In this document: piece after piece, positions 7,943 through 18,068 of the stretch
Numbering within the stretch: position 1 is the first letter of the stretch
How the letters are laid out: the number at the start of each line of letters is the position of its first letter
DNA from: Bradyrhizobium sp.
GTDB lineage: Bacteria; Pseudomonadota; Alphaproteobacteria; Rhizobiales; Xanthobacteraceae
Assembly (NCBI GenBank): GCA_035644295.1
Contig: DASQOU010000328.1
Coordinates: 5,300 to 69,299, forward strand
Length of the DNA stretch: 64,000 nt
Direction: 5' to 3'
The notes under the pieces: model-generated
What the model was told of the DNA's origin: nothing
The model's database searches: none
What the model saw: the letters and a program-made list of their open reading frames with translations, nothing else
Program-made: the position numbers and the translations under genes

Positions 7943-9175
7943 TTAGTTTCCTGGCCGATGCAGCTGTGGACGATGCCGGGTAAAGGACGCGCGGCCGCGC
8001 TTGATGCCCCACAGCGGTTGCGCCAACGTCGCGATCGCGTCCGTGGGGTTGCTTGCATCCAGACACACCAGGTCGGCCGGTCCTCCGACGGCGATGCCGT
8101 AATCGTCCAGCCGCATCAGCCGTGCCGCGGAGCCGGTGATCATGTCGAGGCATCCGGCGAGATCGGCCGGGCGCGACACGTGGCAGACATTCGCATAAAG
8201 GTTTGCCATCCGGATCAATGAGCCGTCGCCATACGGCGTGAACGGGTTCAGGACATTGTTGGTCGAGATCGAGCAGGTCACGCCCGCCTTGCGCAGAGGC
8301 TCTGCCGGCACGACACCGCGCGGCACCGCATGGTCGTGACTGCGGCCCATCAAGTGGAGATCGGTCGACGGCAATATCGTTACGGCGACGCCGGCATTGG
8401 CGAGCCGCGCCGCGATTTCGTTGAAGCGCTCCGGTGGCAGCAGCGACATCTGGGTGACATGGCCGACGGCCACCCGGCCGCCCCAGCCGAATTCCTCGGT
8501 CTTGCGGCAGACATATTCGACCTGCATGCCCTGCGTGGTCTCGGCGAGATCAAGGTGCATATCGATTTCGGCATCGAAATCGCGGGCGATGGCAAAAATT
8601 CGATCGATCTGGGCGCGGGGGTCGGTGTCGAAATACGGCGCCGCACCGATCGCCCGCGCACCGCGGCGCAGGCCCTCGATCAACAACTCTTCCGTGCCGG
8701 GGTAGTTGGTGAGTCCCTCCTGCGGGAATACGCATAGTTCGACATCGATCGCCCAGGCATAGTCACGTGCGAGCTGCTCGACCGCCTCAAAGCCGATCAT
8801 TCCTATTCCCGGATCAAGCTCGACATGGGTGCGCATCCGCATGGTGCCCTGCGTGATGCAGCGTTCCAGCGTCTGCCTGCCGCGCCCATAAACGTCCTCG
8901 ACGGTGAAGCCGCGCTTCGCGGCGGCGGTTTGCCGCACAGCCTCGGCGACGGTGCCCTCTTCGATGCGGCAGCGGTCGAGAATGCAGGTCTTGTCGAGAT
9001 GGATGTGCGTCTCGATCATGCCTGGGACGACGAGGCAGCCCGTGGCTTTCAGTTCGGGTCCATCGGCCTGAAGCGCCGAAGCGATCGCCGCGATCGTTTG
9101 GTCTTGAATGGCGATATCGGCGCTGACGAGCTCGCCCTCGCGCAGAATGCGAGCGTCACGAATGATCAGGTCCAT
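7943..9175 (-). CDS. Cytosine/creatinine deaminase-like amidohydrolase with non-canonical active site
   Basis: HIHLDK, FPQEG, HLD, VAVGH, NPFTPYG motifs. Confidence 0.88.
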   Translation of the reverse strand: MDLIIRDARILREGELVSADIAIQDQTIAAIASALQADGPELKATGCLVVPGMIETHIHLDKTCILDRCRIEEGTVAEAVRQTAAAKRGFTVEDVYGRGRQTLERCITQGTMRMRTHVELDPGIGMIGFEAVEQLARDYAWAIDVELCVFPQEGLTNYPGTEELLIEGLRRGARAIGAAPYFDTDPRAQIDRIFAIARDFDAEIDMHLDLAETTQGMQVEYVCRKTEEFGWGGRVAVGHVTQMSLLPPERFNEIAARLANAGVAVTILPSTDLHLMGRSHDHAVPRGVVPAEPLRKAGVTCSISTNNVLNPFTPYGDGSLIRMANLYANVCHVSRPADLAGCLDMITGSAARLMRLDDYGIAVGGPADLVCLDASNPTDAIATLAQPLWGIKRGRASFTRHRPQLHRPGN

Positions 9176-11610
9176 CAGTTCACCACCGCCGGAACGGCAC
9201 CAAGATACGCATCGTCAAGCATCGCACCGCGCAACTCCGCGGCCTTGCCTTGCGCCACCACACGCCCACCCCCGAGCACATAGCCGCGGTCAGCAATGGC
9301 CAAGGCGTAGTCTGCCATCTGATCCACGATCAGCAAGGTCATGCCCTCATCCCGCAGCCTGGTAAATTGTTCGAACAGTTCAGCCACTACCGTCGGCGCC
9401 AGACCCAGCGAGGGTTCGTCCAAAAGCAGAACTTCGGGCCGCGCCAACAGACCACGGGCGACGGCAAGCATCTGTTGCTCGCCACCTGAGAGCAAGGCCG
9501 CCGCGGTGTGCAGGCGCGGGCGCAGCCGCGGAAAGCGCTCGAGCATCGTCTCGATCTCCGCCGGGTCGAGATCGCCGCGGCGGGTCGCGCCGAGACGAAG
9601 ATTTTCGGCGACGGTCAATTGCGGAAACACCTGCCGTCCCTCGGGCACAAGGATCAAGCCGGCGCGCGCGACGCGATGAGCCGGAAGAGATGCGAGATCA
9701 CGGTTGCCAAGCTGGATAGTGCCCTTCACCGGACGGATCAACCCGCTGAGGGCTTTCATAAGGGTTGATTTACCCGCACCGTTCGGACCGAACAGGGCGA
9801 TCACCTCCCCGCGGCCCACGTTCAGGCCGACTTGATCGAGCACGGCAAGGGCCCCATAGCCGGCGCTCAGCAAGCCTACTTCGAGCAAAGGCGCGCCGGC
9901 CGTCCGCGCCGCGGCCGATCCCGCTGGCATCGTGGTTCCGAGATAAGCCGCCCTGACGGCGGGATCGTTGCGTACGGCCGCCGGCGGTCCTGCCGCAATG
10001 CGACGTCCGGCGTCGAGCACGATGATCTCGTCCGAGATCGACATCACAAGCGCCATATCATGCTCGACCAGCACGACGGCGAGACCCGAGCGCGCCAGGC
10101 GCTGCAGCAGGCCGCCCAACTTGACCGTGTCGGTGTCACTGAGCCCGGCGGCGGGCTCATCCAAAAGAAGCACGGCGGGCGCAGTGCCAAGCGCGCGGGC
10201 GATCTCGACAAGCCGGCGATCCACATGCGGCAGCGTCGCGGCAAGTCTGGTTTCCGATCCGGAATAGCCGACGAGCGAGAGCAGCGCACGCGCGAGCGCA
10301 GCCGGGGCCTCGCCGCGCCAGCCGCCGCGCAACAGGCCAAGGCGGACATTGTCCAGTACGCTCAATCCGCCAAAGGGCTGCGCGGTTTGAAAGGTGCGGG
10401 CAAGGCCCGCGCGCGCGACTTCGTGGGCAGGTTGGCCTGTGATTTCGCGGCCGCCAACGCGCACGGTCCCGGAATCCGGACGCTGGAATCCGCTGACGAG
10501 ATTGAGCAGCGTCGTTTTGCCGGCGCCGTTGGGACCGATCACACTGGTGACGCGGCCGGGCGGCGCGGTCATGTCAACGCCCGCCACGGCAATGACGCCG
10601 CCGAACGCGACACGCACGCCTTCAGCGGTGAGGCTGCCGCGCGAGCCGGCGATATGGGCAAGCGCGAGATCGAGGTCAGGCTTCGTGTCTGGCGTGGCTT
10701 CCTCCGGCATCACCAGACGGGCGACCGCACCCGCAATCCCACCTGGGGCAGTCCAAAGCACGATCAGCAAACCTGCGCCGAAAACCAGAAGCCGGTATTC
10801 CGCGAGCCCCGCAAGCACCTCCGGCAGGAACACAACAACCGCCGACCCGACCAGCGGCCCCAGGGTGCGGCCCGCGCCGCCGACGACCGCCACCAGCAGA
10901 AACAGGATCGACTGCGAGAACGGAAACGAGCTGGGCGCAATGAAGCCCGTCAGCGCCGCCTGCAAACCACCGGCGAGACCGGCCGCCACGGCGGCCAACA
11001 CAAAGGCGGCGGTGCGTACCGGCAGCGCGCTTATCCCGACGCCGCGCGCCGCCGCAGGCGCCGATGCAATGGCCTGCATCGCCAGACCAAGCGGACTTCG
11101 CGCGAAATAATGGAACGAGACGAGAGCAACTACGCACAAGCCGCAGGCCAATAGCGCCGTGCCACCGGTGCCGAAGGGTGCTGGAATTCCGGTAAGGCCG
11201 CTGGAACCGCCGGTGAGATCGCGCCACTCGATCGAGACGGACTCGACGATGAAGCCGAAGGCGATGGTCACCATGGCGAGATAAGGACCCGTAACCCGAA
11301 GGGCGGGGATCGAGAGAGCGGCCGATATGGCGGCGACCAGCAGGACGGCGAGCGGCAACGCCTCCCAAAAATTCAAGCCGGCCTTGGTGGTGAGAATTCC
11401 GACCCCATAGGCGCCCAACGCCAGGAATCCGCCCTGGCCGAGAGATACTTCACCGGCGAGGCCGAGCAACACATTCAACCCAACGCCGACGAGTGCGGTG
11501 GTCGCGAGCATTCCAACAAGGTAAGCATAATAGCCGGGCGCAAGCAGGCAGATCGCGACTGTAGCGGCGCCGACCAGCACCGCGGCGACCACGGCAATGA
11601 TGGTCTTCAT
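9175..11610 (-). CDS. Fused branched-chain-type ABC permease plus two ATPase domains (LivM-LivG-LivF)
   Basis: TM N-terminal half; two GPNGAGK Walker A motifs; LDEPAAG and LSGGEQQ/LDEPSLG. Confidence 0.93.
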   Translation of the reverse strand: MKTIIAVVAAVLVGAATVAICLLAPGYYAYLVGMLATTALVGVGLNVLLGLAGEVSLGQGGFLALGAYGVGILTTKAGLNFWEALPLAVLLVAAISAALSIPALRVTGPYLAMVTIAFGFIVESVSIEWRDLTGGSSGLTGIPAPFGTGGTALLACGLCVVALVSFHYFARSPLGLAMQAIASAPAAARGVGISALPVRTAAFVLAAVAAGLAGGLQAALTGFIAPSSFPFSQSILFLLVAVVGGAGRTLGPLVGSAVVVFLPEVLAGLAEYRLLVFGAGLLIVLWTAPGGIAGAVARLVMPEEATPDTKPDLDLALAHIAGSRGSLTAEGVRVAFGGVIAVAGVDMTAPPGRVTSVIGPNGAGKTTLLNLVSGFQRPDSGTVRVGGREITGQPAHEVARAGLARTFQTAQPFGGLSVLDNVRLGLLRGGWRGEAPAALARALLSLVGYSGSETRLAATLPHVDRRLVEIARALGTAPAVLLLDEPAAGLSDTDTVKLGGLLQRLARSGLAVVLVEHDMALVMSISDEIIVLDAGRRIAAGPPAAVRNDPAVRAAYLGTTMPAGSAAARTAGAPLLEVGLLSAGYGALAVLDQVGLNVGRGEVIALFGPNGAGKSTLMKALSGLIRPVKGTIQLGNRDLASLPAHRVARAGLILVPEGRQVFPQLTVAENLRLGATRRGDLDPAEIETMLERFPRLRPRLHTAAALLSGGEQQMLAVARGLLARPEVLLLDEPSLGLAPTVVAELFEQFTRLRDEGMTLLIVDQMADYALAIADRGYVLGGGRVVAQGKAAELRGAMLDDAYLGAVPAVVN

Positions 11611-12476
11611 ACACGCACCTTGGTCCGGCCACCGAACAACCCGGATGGCGCGAGCACGAGTGCCGCGATGACGGCCGTGAAGGTGACGATCTGGGTGCTG
11701 CTTGAGCCAAGCCAGGTCGTGGCGCAGGCTTCCACCAGACCATAGGCCAGGCCGGCGATCACGACACCCCAGGGATTGGTGAGACCACCAAGGATCGCCA
11801 CGGCGAATGCCTTGATGCCGAACAAAGTCCCCATGTCATAGGCGACGTTATACACCGGCGCGATCAGTATGCCGCCGATCCCCGCCAGGAGCGCGGCGGC
11901 TGCATAGGTGAGCGCGATCAGCAAGGTCACGTCGATGCTCATGAGCCGCGCGGCATCCGGATTCTCGACCGCTGCCCGCAGCTTTAAGCCGAGTCCTGTC
12001 CGGTGCATTCCAAGATGAACCAGCAGCGCCAGCCCCAGTCCCACCAAGGGAACCAGAACCTGCAACGGAAAGATGCCGACATTGCCGATGACCCAGGGAT
12101 CGTCCGCAAGCGACGATGGAAGCGCGCGCGGCTCCTTGCCGAACAGCACCATCACCACATTGTCGAGCACGATTCCAAGCGCCACCGTCGCCATCAGCCA
12201 GGAATTCGTGCCGCGAGCGACGAACGGCCGGACCGCGATGCGTTCAACGATCAGGCCCCAGATCGCGCAAGCCAGCAGCGCCGCAGGGACCGCGGCCAGC
12301 ATCGGCCAGCGCAGCCCGACCGCGAGCGCGTGGCAGATCACCGCCCCCAGCATCACCGACGACCCCTGCGCGAAATTCACCGTGCCGGAGACGGCAAACG
12401 TCAACGTGAAGCCAAGCGCAATGAGGCCGTAGATGCTGCCGAGACTGAGCCCCGAGACAAGTGCGGTCGCGAGCAT
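11607..12476 (-). CDS. LivH-type ABC permease
   Basis: GSIYGLIALG..VNFAQG motif; hydrophobic throughout. Confidence 0.93.
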   Translation of the reverse strand: MLATALVSGLSLGSIYGLIALGFTLTFAVSGTVNFAQGSSVMLGAVICHALAVGLRWPMLAAVPAALLACAIWGLIVERIAVRPFVARGTNSWLMATVALGIVLDNVVMVLFGKEPRALPSSLADDPWVIGNVGIFPLQVLVPLVGLGLALLVHLGMHRTGLGLKLRAAVENPDAARLMSIDVTLLIALTYAAAALLAGIGGILIAPVYNVAYDMGTLFGIKAFAVAILGGLTNPWGVVIAGLAYGLVEACATTWLGSSSTQIVTFTAVIAALVLAPSGLFGGRTKVRV

Positions 12477-12479
12477 CGC

Positions 12480-13664
12480 TCAGCCCGTGACGGGCTCGAT
12501 CTGATCTCCGTTGTAACGGACCATGACGTAGTCATTCTCAGTCAAAGCGTCGTGGTTCTCGTCCGTGAAGGGCTTCGTGTAATTCTTGATCAAACCCTGA
12601 TAGTTCTCGATTGCCAGGAATCCCTCGCGCAGTTTCGGGCCCTCGGTCGAGCCTGCCTTGGCAAGCGCAAGCGCGGTCAGCTGCATCGCGTCATAGGCGT
12701 TGGCAACACCGACCGGCGGGGTGACATCGCCGGGTCCCTTGATATCGGGATATTTCGCCATCAGCGCCGCGAGCACACGCTTGCCGACGTCGTTTTGCGG
12801 CCCGAAGAAACTGTAGGTCTGGACGAAGTGCACTTTCCCCGCCCAGGATCCCGCCAGCTCTGGGAAGCGTCCGCCCGAGATACCCCAATGCGAGACCACC
12901 GGCACGGTCCAGGCGGACCGCTGCAATGATTTGATGACCTGCGCGCCCGGCGCTGCGTTGCCCACCAGGATGATCGTGTCCGCGCCGGCCTCACGCAAAC
13001 GCTGCAGCTGGGGCGTCATATCGGGATCCTTGTCGTCGAATTTTTCCGCGCCAGCGAGCTTGATGCCGGCGGCTTCCGCGGCCGCCGTCAGGCCGTTGAG
13101 ATTGGACTCGCCCCAACCATTGTTGACCAACATCAGTCCCGGCTTCTTCGCGCCGAATTTTGTCGTGGCGTATTTGATCAACGCGCGGTCGACCAGGACG
13201 TCCACCGCAGAGACCCGGAAGACGAAGTTTGGATTGGCGCCGTTGCGCGTGATATTCGTCGCGGCCGCCCATACCCCCATGAAGGGCACCTTCGCCGAAT
13301 TCACCAGCGGCACGATCGCCTGTGACACGGGGCTATCGATGCCCCCATAGAGAATGGCGACCCCTTCCTTGTCGATCAACTCCCGTGCGGCGGTCTGACC
13401 CTTGGCCGGGTTCGACTCGTCATCGCGGCGGACGAGTTCAAGCATCCGGCCACCGAGCACACCGCCCTTGGCGTTGATCTCATCGATCGCGATGGTGAGG
13501 CCGCGGGTGATCCCCTCGCCTGACTTGGCGGACGGTCCGGAAAGCGCCGCGACCAGCCCTATCTTGACCGGCTCCGCCGCGATCGCGGGGCGGCCGACAA
13601 GGCTTCCCACTGCGACCCCGGCTGGAAGAACAAGAGCTTGGCGACGCGTCAGATTGATCGGCAT
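12480..13664 (-). CDS. ABC substrate-binding protein (LivJ fold) with Tat-like signal
   Basis: LTRRQAL; KIGLVAALSG; INAKGGVLGG..DDES; AYDA. Confidence 0.93.
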   Translation of the reverse strand: MPINLTRRQALVLPAGVAVGSLVGRPAIAAEPVKIGLVAALSGPSAKSGEGITRGLTIAIDEINAKGGVLGGRMLELVRRDDESNPAKGQTAARELIDKEGVAILYGGIDSPVSQAIVPLVNSAKVPFMGVWAAATNITRNGANPNFVFRVSAVDVLVDRALIKYATTKFGAKKPGLMLVNNGWGESNLNGLTAAAEAAGIKLAGAEKFDDKDPDMTPQLQRLREAGADTIILVGNAAPGAQVIKSLQRSAWTVPVVSHWGISGGRFPELAGSWAGKVHFVQTYSFFGPQNDVGKRVLAALMAKYPDIKGPGDVTPPVGVANAYDAMQLTALALAKAGSTEGPKLREGFLAIENYQGLIKNYTKPFTDENHDALTENDYVMVRYNGDQIEPVTG

Positions 13665-13779
13665 TTGAAAAACTCCCCTTGAAATTTCATTTCGTAGGAC
13701 TGTCCTGCTGGCTCACGCCAGTTGCGTTGCGTATGCCAAGAGCTCCCGTGCTCTCTACGCCCAAGTCCCGTTCAACATC

Positions 13780-13796
13780 AAGCAAACGGTATGCCA
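13780..13796 (-). promoter_or_regulatory. sigma54 (-24/-12) promoter
   Basis: TGGCATACCGTTTGCTT, about 115 bp upstream of the SBP gene. Confidence 0.75.
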
Positions 13797-13961
13797 CAAC
13801 CGCAGAAATCACAACGGCACGCTGGATTGTGATTGAATATCTGCCCGTTGAGCGGCGTCGCATCCGGCAAGCCCTTTGGCGTCAGCTCTTGTCCGGCCGC
13901 CCGAAGCTCTTCGTAGCGCCGCCGATTGGCCTCGAAAATCTCCTGCCTGGTCCGTGGGTCG

Positions 13962-14582
13962 TCATGCCGCCGCACCGAGTTTGGAGATCGAGAAATGCGC
14001 CTCGACCGGTTTTCCCGCCTTGCCATTGATAGGCAGGATGTCCTGCGGACAGGCGGAGAATGCAATCACCAGATCCATCTCGGCGCGCAGGCGAACGTAG
14101 CCTCCGGGCACCGGCCGCGGCGGCGCGGCGAAGCCAAGCGTGCCATCGGGATCCCACGGAATATTCATGAACAAGTTAAGCGGGCTTGGTACCTCCGGCG
14201 GCACAAGCCCCAACTCTTTCATCCCGACAAAAAGATTATCCGTGCAATTGTCGTGATAGTCCTGCACCCCGAGAAAGGCGTAGCGGTAGCGATCGCAGGC
14301 TGCGATCAGGGTATCGTGAATTCCGCCAGACGTGTCTTCGGTCAAGGTCAGGATCGGCCGGCGTTTGTTCGTGCGTAGAACATCGCCGGGCCTGGGAACA
14401 AGGTGCAGGCTGTGCGCGCGCGTATGCTCATTCGACATAAACTCGCCCAGGTCGGCACGGTTGAATGCCCAGGTATCGACGACCTGCTCGCCATGGGTAT
14501 TGACGACGGTGATCACTTGGCCAGCCGCAACAAAGGCAGCCTTGCCACGCCTTGCAGGAATTTCGATGAGCGGATCACCCAT
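13962..14582 (-). CDS. DUF1989 urea carboxylase-associated family protein (CgdA/B-related)
   Basis: IPARRG, GEQVVDTWAFN, HDTLIAAC, HDNCTDNL, PLNLFMNIP, FSACPQD. Confidence 0.92.
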   Translation of the reverse strand: MGDPLIEIPARRGKAAFVAAGQVITVVNTHGEQVVDTWAFNRADLGEFMSNEHTRAHSLHLVPRPGDVLRTNKRRPILTLTEDTSGGIHDTLIAACDRYRYAFLGVQDYHDNCTDNLFVGMKELGLVPPEVPSPLNLFMNIPWDPDGTLGFAAPPRPVPGGYVRLRAEMDLVIAFSACPQDILPINGKAGKPVEAHFSISKLGAAA

Positions 14583-14591
14583 GCCAGCGCC

Positions 14592-14984
14592 TCAGGGCCT
14601 TATGGCAATCATGTCGATCTCAATGATACCGCCGCGGGCGAGCCCCGTGACACCGACGGTGGTTCGGGCAGGACGCTTGTCGGCGGCGAAATAGGTCGCG
14701 TAGATCTCGTTCATCTTCGCGTAGTCGGCGTTGAAGTCGGTCAGGAAAATGCGCACGCAAGCCACGTTGGCAAGCGAAAGCCCACAACCCCCGAGCACGC
14801 GGATCAGATTGTCCATCACCTTGTGCGTCTGGGCCTCGATGCCGGGCGGGATCGCTAAGGAATCGTCACCCGGATCGGTCGCAAGTTGCCCCGTCACGAA
14901 AACAAATCCTCCGGCCTCGACCGCATGGCTGTATGGCGCGACCGGCTTCGGCGCATCGGGCAAAAGGTGAAAGATCGGGTGCAT
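14592..14984 (-). CDS. RidA/YjgF family protein
   Basis: PVAPYSHAV, VFVTGQL, PARTTVGV, IEID. Confidence 0.93.
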   Translation of the reverse strand: MHPIFHLLPDAPKPVAPYSHAVEAGGFVFVTGQLATDPGDDSLAIPPGIEAQTHKVMDNLIRVLGGCGLSLANVACVRIFLTDFNADYAKMNEIYATYFAADKRPARTTVGVTGLARGGIIEIDMIAIRP

Positions 14985-15011
14985 GGCGGGATTCCTCCTG
15001 GCAGGTTATTG

Positions 15012-15797
15012 TCAGCGTCTGCTGCTGGCGACGTCACCGGCGTAGCGCTGAAGAAACTGGCGCGCGCGGTCGGTCTCGGGATTTGAGAAAAATTTATCCG
15101 GCGACCCGGTTTCGACGGCTCGCCCGCGATCAAGAAACAGCACCCGCGTTGCCGCATCCCGCGCGAAAGCCATTTCGTGAGTGACGATCACCATCGTCAT
15201 TCCTTCGCGAGCGAGATCCCGCATCACGACCAGCACCTCTCCGACAAGTTCCGGATCGAGCGCGCTGGTCGGCTCGTCGAACAGCAGAAGGTCCGGCCGC
15301 ATCGCCAATGCGCGTGCGATGCCGACACGCTGCTTCTGTCCGCCCGACAGTTTCGCCGGAAATGCGTCGCGCTTGTCGCTGAGTCCCACTTTCGAGAGCA
15401 GCGCCACCGCCTCATCGAGAACCTCGGCCTTCGGCCGCTTCTGCACCTGGACCGGCGCTTCCATGAGGTTTTGCAGCACCGTGAGGTGAGGCCACAGCGC
15501 AAAGTGCTGGAATACCATGCCAATGCGCGTTCTGATCTTCGACAGATCGCGATCGCCCATGACGATGCCGGCGTTGTTGATGCCGACTCGCTCCCCATTC
15601 AAATAGATTTGTCCTGCGTCCGGCCGCTCGAGCCAGTTGATGCAGCGTAGCAAGGTCGATTTGCCCGAGCCCGACGGCCCGAGCACGCAGATGGTCTCGC
15701 CCTTGTCGACGCGGAAGCTGACGTCGGAGAGGACTTCTACATTGCCAAACCGTTTCGAGACCCCGGCTACATCGAGAACCTTGTTGGAATCGGCCAC
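15012..15797 (-). CDS. Polar amino acid ABC transporter ATPase
   Basis: GPSGSGKS, LSGGQKQR, FDEPTSALDPE. Confidence 0.95.
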   Translation of the reverse strand: MADSNKVLDVAGVSKRFGNVEVLSDVSFRVDKGETICVLGPSGSGKSTLLRCINWLERPDAGQIYLNGERVGINNAGIVMGDRDLSKIRTRIGMVFQHFALWPHLTVLQNLMEAPVQVQKRPKAEVLDEAVALLSKVGLSDKRDAFPAKLSGGQKQRVGIARALAMRPDLLLFDEPTSALDPELVGEVLVVMRDLAREGMTMVIVTHEMAFARDAATRVLFLDRGRAVETGSPDKFFSNPETDRARQFLQRYAGDVASSRR

Positions 15798-15807
15798 CGG
15801 CGCCCTC

Positions 15808-16464
15808 CTATCGACGCGCTTCGGCGACGCGGCCGATCGAACTCACCCCAGCCTCGATGATGAGGCAGAGTCCCCAGTACAAAAACACCGCGGTGATGAA
15901 GGCCGCGAACGGTACGTAGTGCCGCGACTGGATCGAGCTCGCGGCATGCGTGAGTTCCGGCAGCGCGATGATGCTAAGGAAGGCGCTGTCCTTGATGATC
16001 TGGATCATCTGATTGCCGATCACGGGACCCGCCGACAACAGCAGCGGCGGAAGAATGATGCGGCGAAACAGCCGGATTTCAGAGAAGCCGAACGCGACCC
16101 CCGCCTCGATCGGCTCCCGCGGCTGCACCACCCATGCACCTCGCAGGATCTCAGCCATGTAAGCAGCATTGTAAATCGTCAGCGCCGCCAGCCCCGAGGT
16201 CCAGTTGTCCAGCCTGACGCCGAATGACGGAAAGCCATAATAGACGATATAGGCAAACAGCAGAAACGGCACGCATCGCATGCCGTCGACGAACAGGCGT
16301 GCCAGCCCGGACACAGCCGGCCGTTTCGACATCAGCGCCGGAGTGACCATAAAGCCCAACAGCAGCGCGGCGACGGCGGACAGCGTCGACAGGATCGCCG
16401 TATTGGCAAGCCCGCTCAGAAGCAGCGAATGTTCGCTCCAGACGATGCCGAAGTCGCGGATCAT
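15808..16464 (-). CDS. Polar amino acid ABC permease
   Basis: AYMAEILRG / EAG..FG EAA loop; KDSA motif. Confidence 0.92.
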   Translation of the reverse strand: MIRDFGIVWSEHSLLLSGLANTAILSTLSAVAALLLGFMVTPALMSKRPAVSGLARLFVDGMRCVPFLLFAYIVYYGFPSFGVRLDNWTSGLAALTIYNAAYMAEILRGAWVVQPREPIEAGVAFGFSEIRLFRRIILPPLLLSAGPVIGNQMIQIIKDSAFLSIIALPELTHAASSIQSRHYVPFAAFITAVFLYWGLCLIIEAGVSSIGRVAEARR

Positions 16465-17108
16465 GCCGCGGCCTCGGCTGCGAACTGACGGCGTTCGATC
16501 CAGCGCTGCAGTGAAACGAGCGCAAAGACGATCGGTACGTATAGCGCCACCGCCACCAGAAAGGGCGGCAGAGGTTCGTAGGTCTGCGCGCCAATTCTTA
16601 CCGCCGCGCGGGTGATATCGACGACCCCCACCACCGCAAGCACCGGCGTGACCTTGATGAGCAGCGACATTTCATTGACGAGGCCGGGAAGGCTTACCCG
16701 CACGATCTGCGGCAAAACGATCCTGCGAAAGCGCTGTTCGGCGCGCATGCCAACGGACTGCGCTGCCTCGTATTGATCCCTCGGAAAATTCATCAGCGCC
16801 GCCCGCCAAACCTCGCAGTTGAAGGCCGAGGTGTTCATGACCAGAGCAAGGATCGCCGCCGATATCGGATTGATCGGCACGCCGATATTCGGAAGAGCGA
16901 AGAACAGCAGCAATAGAAGGGTAACCAGGGGAGTTGCGCGCAAAATGCTGACGTAGAGCGTTACGATCCTCGCTGCGACCGGAACATCGGCCCAGCGCAG
17001 CAACGCGAGGCCGAGGCCGATCGGCAACCCGATCAGGATGCCGACGAATGACAGCGATACTGTCACGACGGCCCCCTGAAAGATGGCTGCGATGTCGCTG
17101 CCGTTCAT
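16461..17108 (-). CDS. Polar amino acid ABC permease
   Basis: RATPL, QYEAAQSVG EAA motif. Confidence 0.92.
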   Translation of the reverse strand: MNGSDIAAIFQGAVVTVSLSFVGILIGLPIGLGLALLRWADVPVAARIVTLYVSILRATPLVTLLLLLFFALPNIGVPINPISAAILALVMNTSAFNCEVWRAALMNFPRDQYEAAQSVGMRAEQRFRRIVLPQIVRVSLPGLVNEMSLLIKVTPVLAVVGVVDITRAAVRIGAQTYEPLPPFLVAVALYVPIVFALVSLQRWIERRQFAAEAAA

Positions 17109-17133
17109 GTCGGACGTTCTGCCAGGTCAGCCC

Positions 17134-17988
17134 TTAAAATTCCGGCTCAAACGCGACCGGCAGGTCGGGGAATGCCTGGCCAAACCACTTCTTCTGAAGC
17201 TCGGCGAACCTGCCGCTGGCTTTTTCCTTGGCGAGAAATTCGTTCAGGAAGGCGAGCAGTTCCTTGTTGTCCTTGGCGACGGCCCACGCCGGGAAGGACT
17301 TTCCTGAAACCGCCTGGCCGATCTCGAATATCGGCTTTTCAGCCACCAGCGTCTGCAGATTGATGATGGTGTTGACCACGTAATCTACCCGGCCCAGGGC
17401 CAGGTCCTGGTAGGCTTCAGGATAGGAGGTGTATTCGACCACCTTTCCGAGCTTGCCGCCGGTCTTCTCCAGCATCGTGCCAAGTTCGGGAAGACGCCCA
17501 AGCAGCGCGCTGCCGGCTTGAACGCCGACGGTCTTCCCATTCAGATCCTTGATCGAGGAAATGGATTTGTCGTCTTTCCGCTTCACATAGTAATGCGTCG
17601 CGTCAGCGATCGGGCTCGTAAAATCAAGCGATTTCTTGCGTTCCTTGGTGATGATCACGGCCGTAATGGCGACATCATACTTGCCGGTGCTGACGCCAGC
17701 CAGGATGCCGGTCCAGGGTAGGATTTCCTGCTTGATCTCGAATGGCGCGGACTTGCGCAGATCTTCAATCAGCTCGTTGTCGAAGCCGGTCGGCTTGCCA
17801 TCTTTCACGAACTCGAAGGGGCGGAAATCGTCCTCCGTCGCCGCGATGAGACCACGCTTCTTGATCTCCTCCATGCTCGCAGCTTTCGCATCGCCGATCA
17901 CCATCGGCATGGCGAACAGCGCGGCCATCGAGCCGAGCATCAGGCGGCGCGTCAAGGAATTGGGATAGGCGATTGAGCATGTTTTCAT
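17134..17988 (-). CDS. Polar amino acid (family 3) substrate-binding protein
   Basis: LTRR signal; PFEF..DGKPTGFD; ITKERKKSLDFT. Confidence 0.93.
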   Translation of the reverse strand: MKTCSIAYPNSLTRRLMLGSMAALFAMPMVIGDAKAASMEEIKKRGLIAATEDDFRPFEFVKDGKPTGFDNELIEDLRKSAPFEIKQEILPWTGILAGVSTGKYDVAITAVIITKERKKSLDFTSPIADATHYYVKRKDDKSISSIKDLNGKTVGVQAGSALLGRLPELGTMLEKTGGKLGKVVEYTSYPEAYQDLALGRVDYVVNTIINLQTLVAEKPIFEIGQAVSGKSFPAWAVAKDNKELLAFLNEFLAKEKASGRFAELQKKWFGQAFPDLPVAFEPEF

Positions 17989-18068
17989 GGCGAGTCTTTC
18001 CTCTGTTTGCGTGATGGCCAGTCGCAGTCTTCAAAACAATACGCGCGGGGTCGCGGTCGGTGATCCCC

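Noticed and set aside
13665-13775. Possible guanidine-II (mini-ykkC) riboswitch in the SBP leader
   Set aside because: Only one hairpin with an ACGGGA hexaloop; the required pair of ACGR tetraloop hairpins is absent.
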